In this document: piece by piece, positions 22,404-24,000 of the stretch
Layout of the letters: every line of letters starts with the position of its first letter
Position numbering within the stretch: the stretch's first letter is position 1
Assembly: GCF_004135205.1 (NCBI RefSeq)
Contig: NZ_CP035490.1
Coordinates: forward strand, 3,925,644 to 3,949,643
Reading direction: 5' to 3'
Length of the DNA: 24,000 nucleotides
Source of the DNA: Hahella sp. KA22
Lineage (GTDB): Bacteria > Pseudomonadota > Gammaproteobacteria > Pseudomonadales > Oleiphilaceae
The notes under the pieces: model-generated
What the model saw: only the letters and a program-made list of their open reading frames with translations
Database searches by the model: none
Told to the model about the DNA's origin: nothing
Made by a program: the position numbers and the translations under genes

Positions 22404-24000
22404 TTACTTGCTAAGACGCAGATAAACCAGCAGGTTAAGCAGAGCGGGGGGATTGATTGCTGCGGCGTCGTCACGCCAGTCAATGGCGGCGGACAGGATT
22501 CGATTCAGCCTGTGCAGTCCTATGGCTTCGCATTGTTGCGTTAATTCTCGCCACCGGGATTGAGCATTGGGCGCCGCCTGTCTAATCCCTGTGATTAGCA
22601 GGTCGCAGAGTAATTGGTCCAGCTCCTCCAATAGCCGAGACAAGGTTGACTGCTCCAGGGCAAGGCGATTTTCCGCAGGTAGCGTATGGGCGGCAGGTAT
22701 ACCGGGCAAGCTGGCGTCGACATAGGGTTGCAGCATCATGGCTTGTTGGCTCACGGAGTACACGACACTGATGGGCTCGATCATCAACCCGTGCGTGTGT
22801 TCCGTGACCGAACCGGCGACGTAGTTGATGTGCGAGCCATGCATTCGCAGTAGTTGCAACAGTACTTCAGCGCCTCCCGCCCCGCGCGTTGAGTAGGGAA
22901 ACGCAAGCGCGATACTGGCGCCTTTGGCGTCCACAAGGTCGGCTTTGACGCACTGGGAGGCGGCGTCGAAACGGGGATTGGCGACGCCACTCACTTTGAT
23001 CGCATAAAAATTTTCATTGGCCTTAAGAGACCGAAACGGCCCCGCCAGGCGAGTGGCCAGACGCCTGCGGAGTTCATCAAAGTCCTCCATTAGCAGGTTC
23101 TGACGCAGTGTCGACCATTGATAGGATTGTGGATTAACCGCGGTCTGGCGACCAAACGTCATGCGATTATCCAAGGATAGTTTGGCGCCGGAGGTTAACA
23201 CCTGCCCCTTGCCGTAGTCCTGGATAGAGTGCTGCAGCACATACATGCGTTGGGTGATCTGATAATAGGAGTGGGGAGCGTCTTCCGCCTTCGAGGTTTT
23301 TTGACGTTTCTCCAGAATCACCAGTCCGCCAGTGTCGACGCTCTGTAGAAACACCTCTGCGAAGACGCCGCCATGCTCCTCCCGCATGCGGCAACCCAGG
23401 CCTATATAGCGCGACTTGCCGGTTCGCTCCCTGACCCTTTTTGGTCCTCCGCCTCTAATTACGACTTCCGGCGCAGGCAGCGTCGGCGAGGCGAGGGCGC
23501 GTTGCCGACAGAGGAACTCGCCCATGTGGCGGATCGCCTGAGAAGGGGAAAAGGAGCCGTCTCGGCGGTGATAGCGGTCGATCTGCTCCACCAGACGCTC
23601 ACAGTGGCTGGCCGGCCACAGCCAGTCATGAGCCTGCATACGCCGGGCGGCGCGGCGGAGCTTATCCCGCATTCCTGGCTCCAGTTGAGAGAGTCCGCCC
23701 TGCAGCAGGCGAACAAACAGGCCGCCGACGGACCGCAACGCTTCCGGTTCGGCAGGGGGCGGTGGGCAGGTGCTGACATAACCGGCCGTCTGGCCCTGCG
23801 GGAGCCGCCTGAACGCCAGTATGGCGATAATCGCCGCCACCGCCGTCAGTTCCTCATCGCCATCGGACTGCACATAGCGCGGATCGCCCGGAGCTAAAAA
23901 GCGGACCGCCACACCGATCGTCTCAATAATCGCCAGCGGCTTCTCGCTGAGGGCCAACTCCGCCAGTACGCCTTCCTGAAACCACTTCTTCGCTTTACGG
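22404..24000 (-). CDS. Large uncharacterised protein, 5'-truncated by the window edge
   Basis: The reading frame stays open from 22404 to position 23999 (upstream codons read ..RKAKKWFQEGVLAELALSEKP..), so the track's TTG at 23957 is probably internal. At least 532 aa are visible. GC3-rich codon usage. No motif I can confidently assign. Confidence 0.7.
   Translation of the reverse strand, partial: RKAKKWFQEGVLAELALSEKPLAIIETIGVAVRFLAPGDPRYVQSDGDEELTAVAAIIAILAFRRLPQGQTAGYVSTCPPPPAEPEALRSVGGLFVRLLQGGLSQLEPGMRDKLRRAARRMQAHDWLWPASHCERLVEQIDRYHRRDGSFSPSQAIRHMGEFLCRQRALASPTLPAPEVVIRGGGPKRVRERTGKSRYIGLGCRMREEHGGVFAEVFLQSVDTGGLVILEKRQKTSKAEDAPHSYYQITQRMYVLQHSIQDYGKGQVLTSGAKLSLDNRMTFGRQTAVNPQSYQWSTLRQNLLMEDFDELRRRLATRLAGPFRSLKANENFYAIKVSGVANPRFDAASQCVKADLVDAKGASIALAFPYSTRGAGGAEVLLQLLRMHGSHINYVAGSVTEHTHGLMIEPISVVYSVSQQAMMLQPYVDASLPGIPAAHTLPAENRLALEQSTLSRLLEELDQLLCDLLITGIRQAAPNAQSRWRELTQQCEAIGLHRLNRILSAAIDWRDDAAAINPPALLNLLVYLRLSK

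Overview
The window looks like a GC-rich gammaproteobacterial-type chromosome segment. It has about 24 supportable protein-coding genes (23 confident or moderate, plus one speculative 24-aa sORF), no rRNA, tRNA or CRISPR that I can see, and several families of palindromic intergenic repeats. From left to right: (1) a + strand operon of sugar-type ABC ATPase, MBL-fold hydrolase, inositol-monophosphatase-family protein and LacI regulator, convergent with a secreted PLC-like/ricin-B-lectin fusion protein. (2) A repeat-dense intergenic stretch (about 5.6-6.95 kb) holding three copies of a ~130-bp composite REP/BIME-like element, with a DUF429-like (RNase-H-fold) orphan gene embedded in it. (3) A visibly AT-richer ~2.6-kb insert (sampled lines about 40% GC by eye versus about 55-60% in the flanks), bracketed by a 31-bp perfect direct repeat. 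The insert encodes two tandem, mutually divergent DarT-like (DUF4433) ADP-ribosyltransferases and a full-length DarG-like macrodomain antitoxin. This three-gene variant of the normally two-gene DarTG toxin-antitoxin/phage-defence module is my top candidate for the unusual system. (4) A secreted TPR protein and a VWA-domain PEP-CTERM protein. (5) Small secreted or hypothetical genes, a histidine phosphatase, and a MarR/siderophore-interacting-protein operon with twin palindromic operators. (6) A translationally coupled FIST and PAS-GGDEF(degenerate)-EAL c-di-GMP module. (7) Two convergent paralogous orphan solute-binding proteins. (8) A hairpin-rich intergenic region and a large uncharacterised ORF that runs off the right edge. 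All functional calls rest on motif recognition by eye; no database search was possible.
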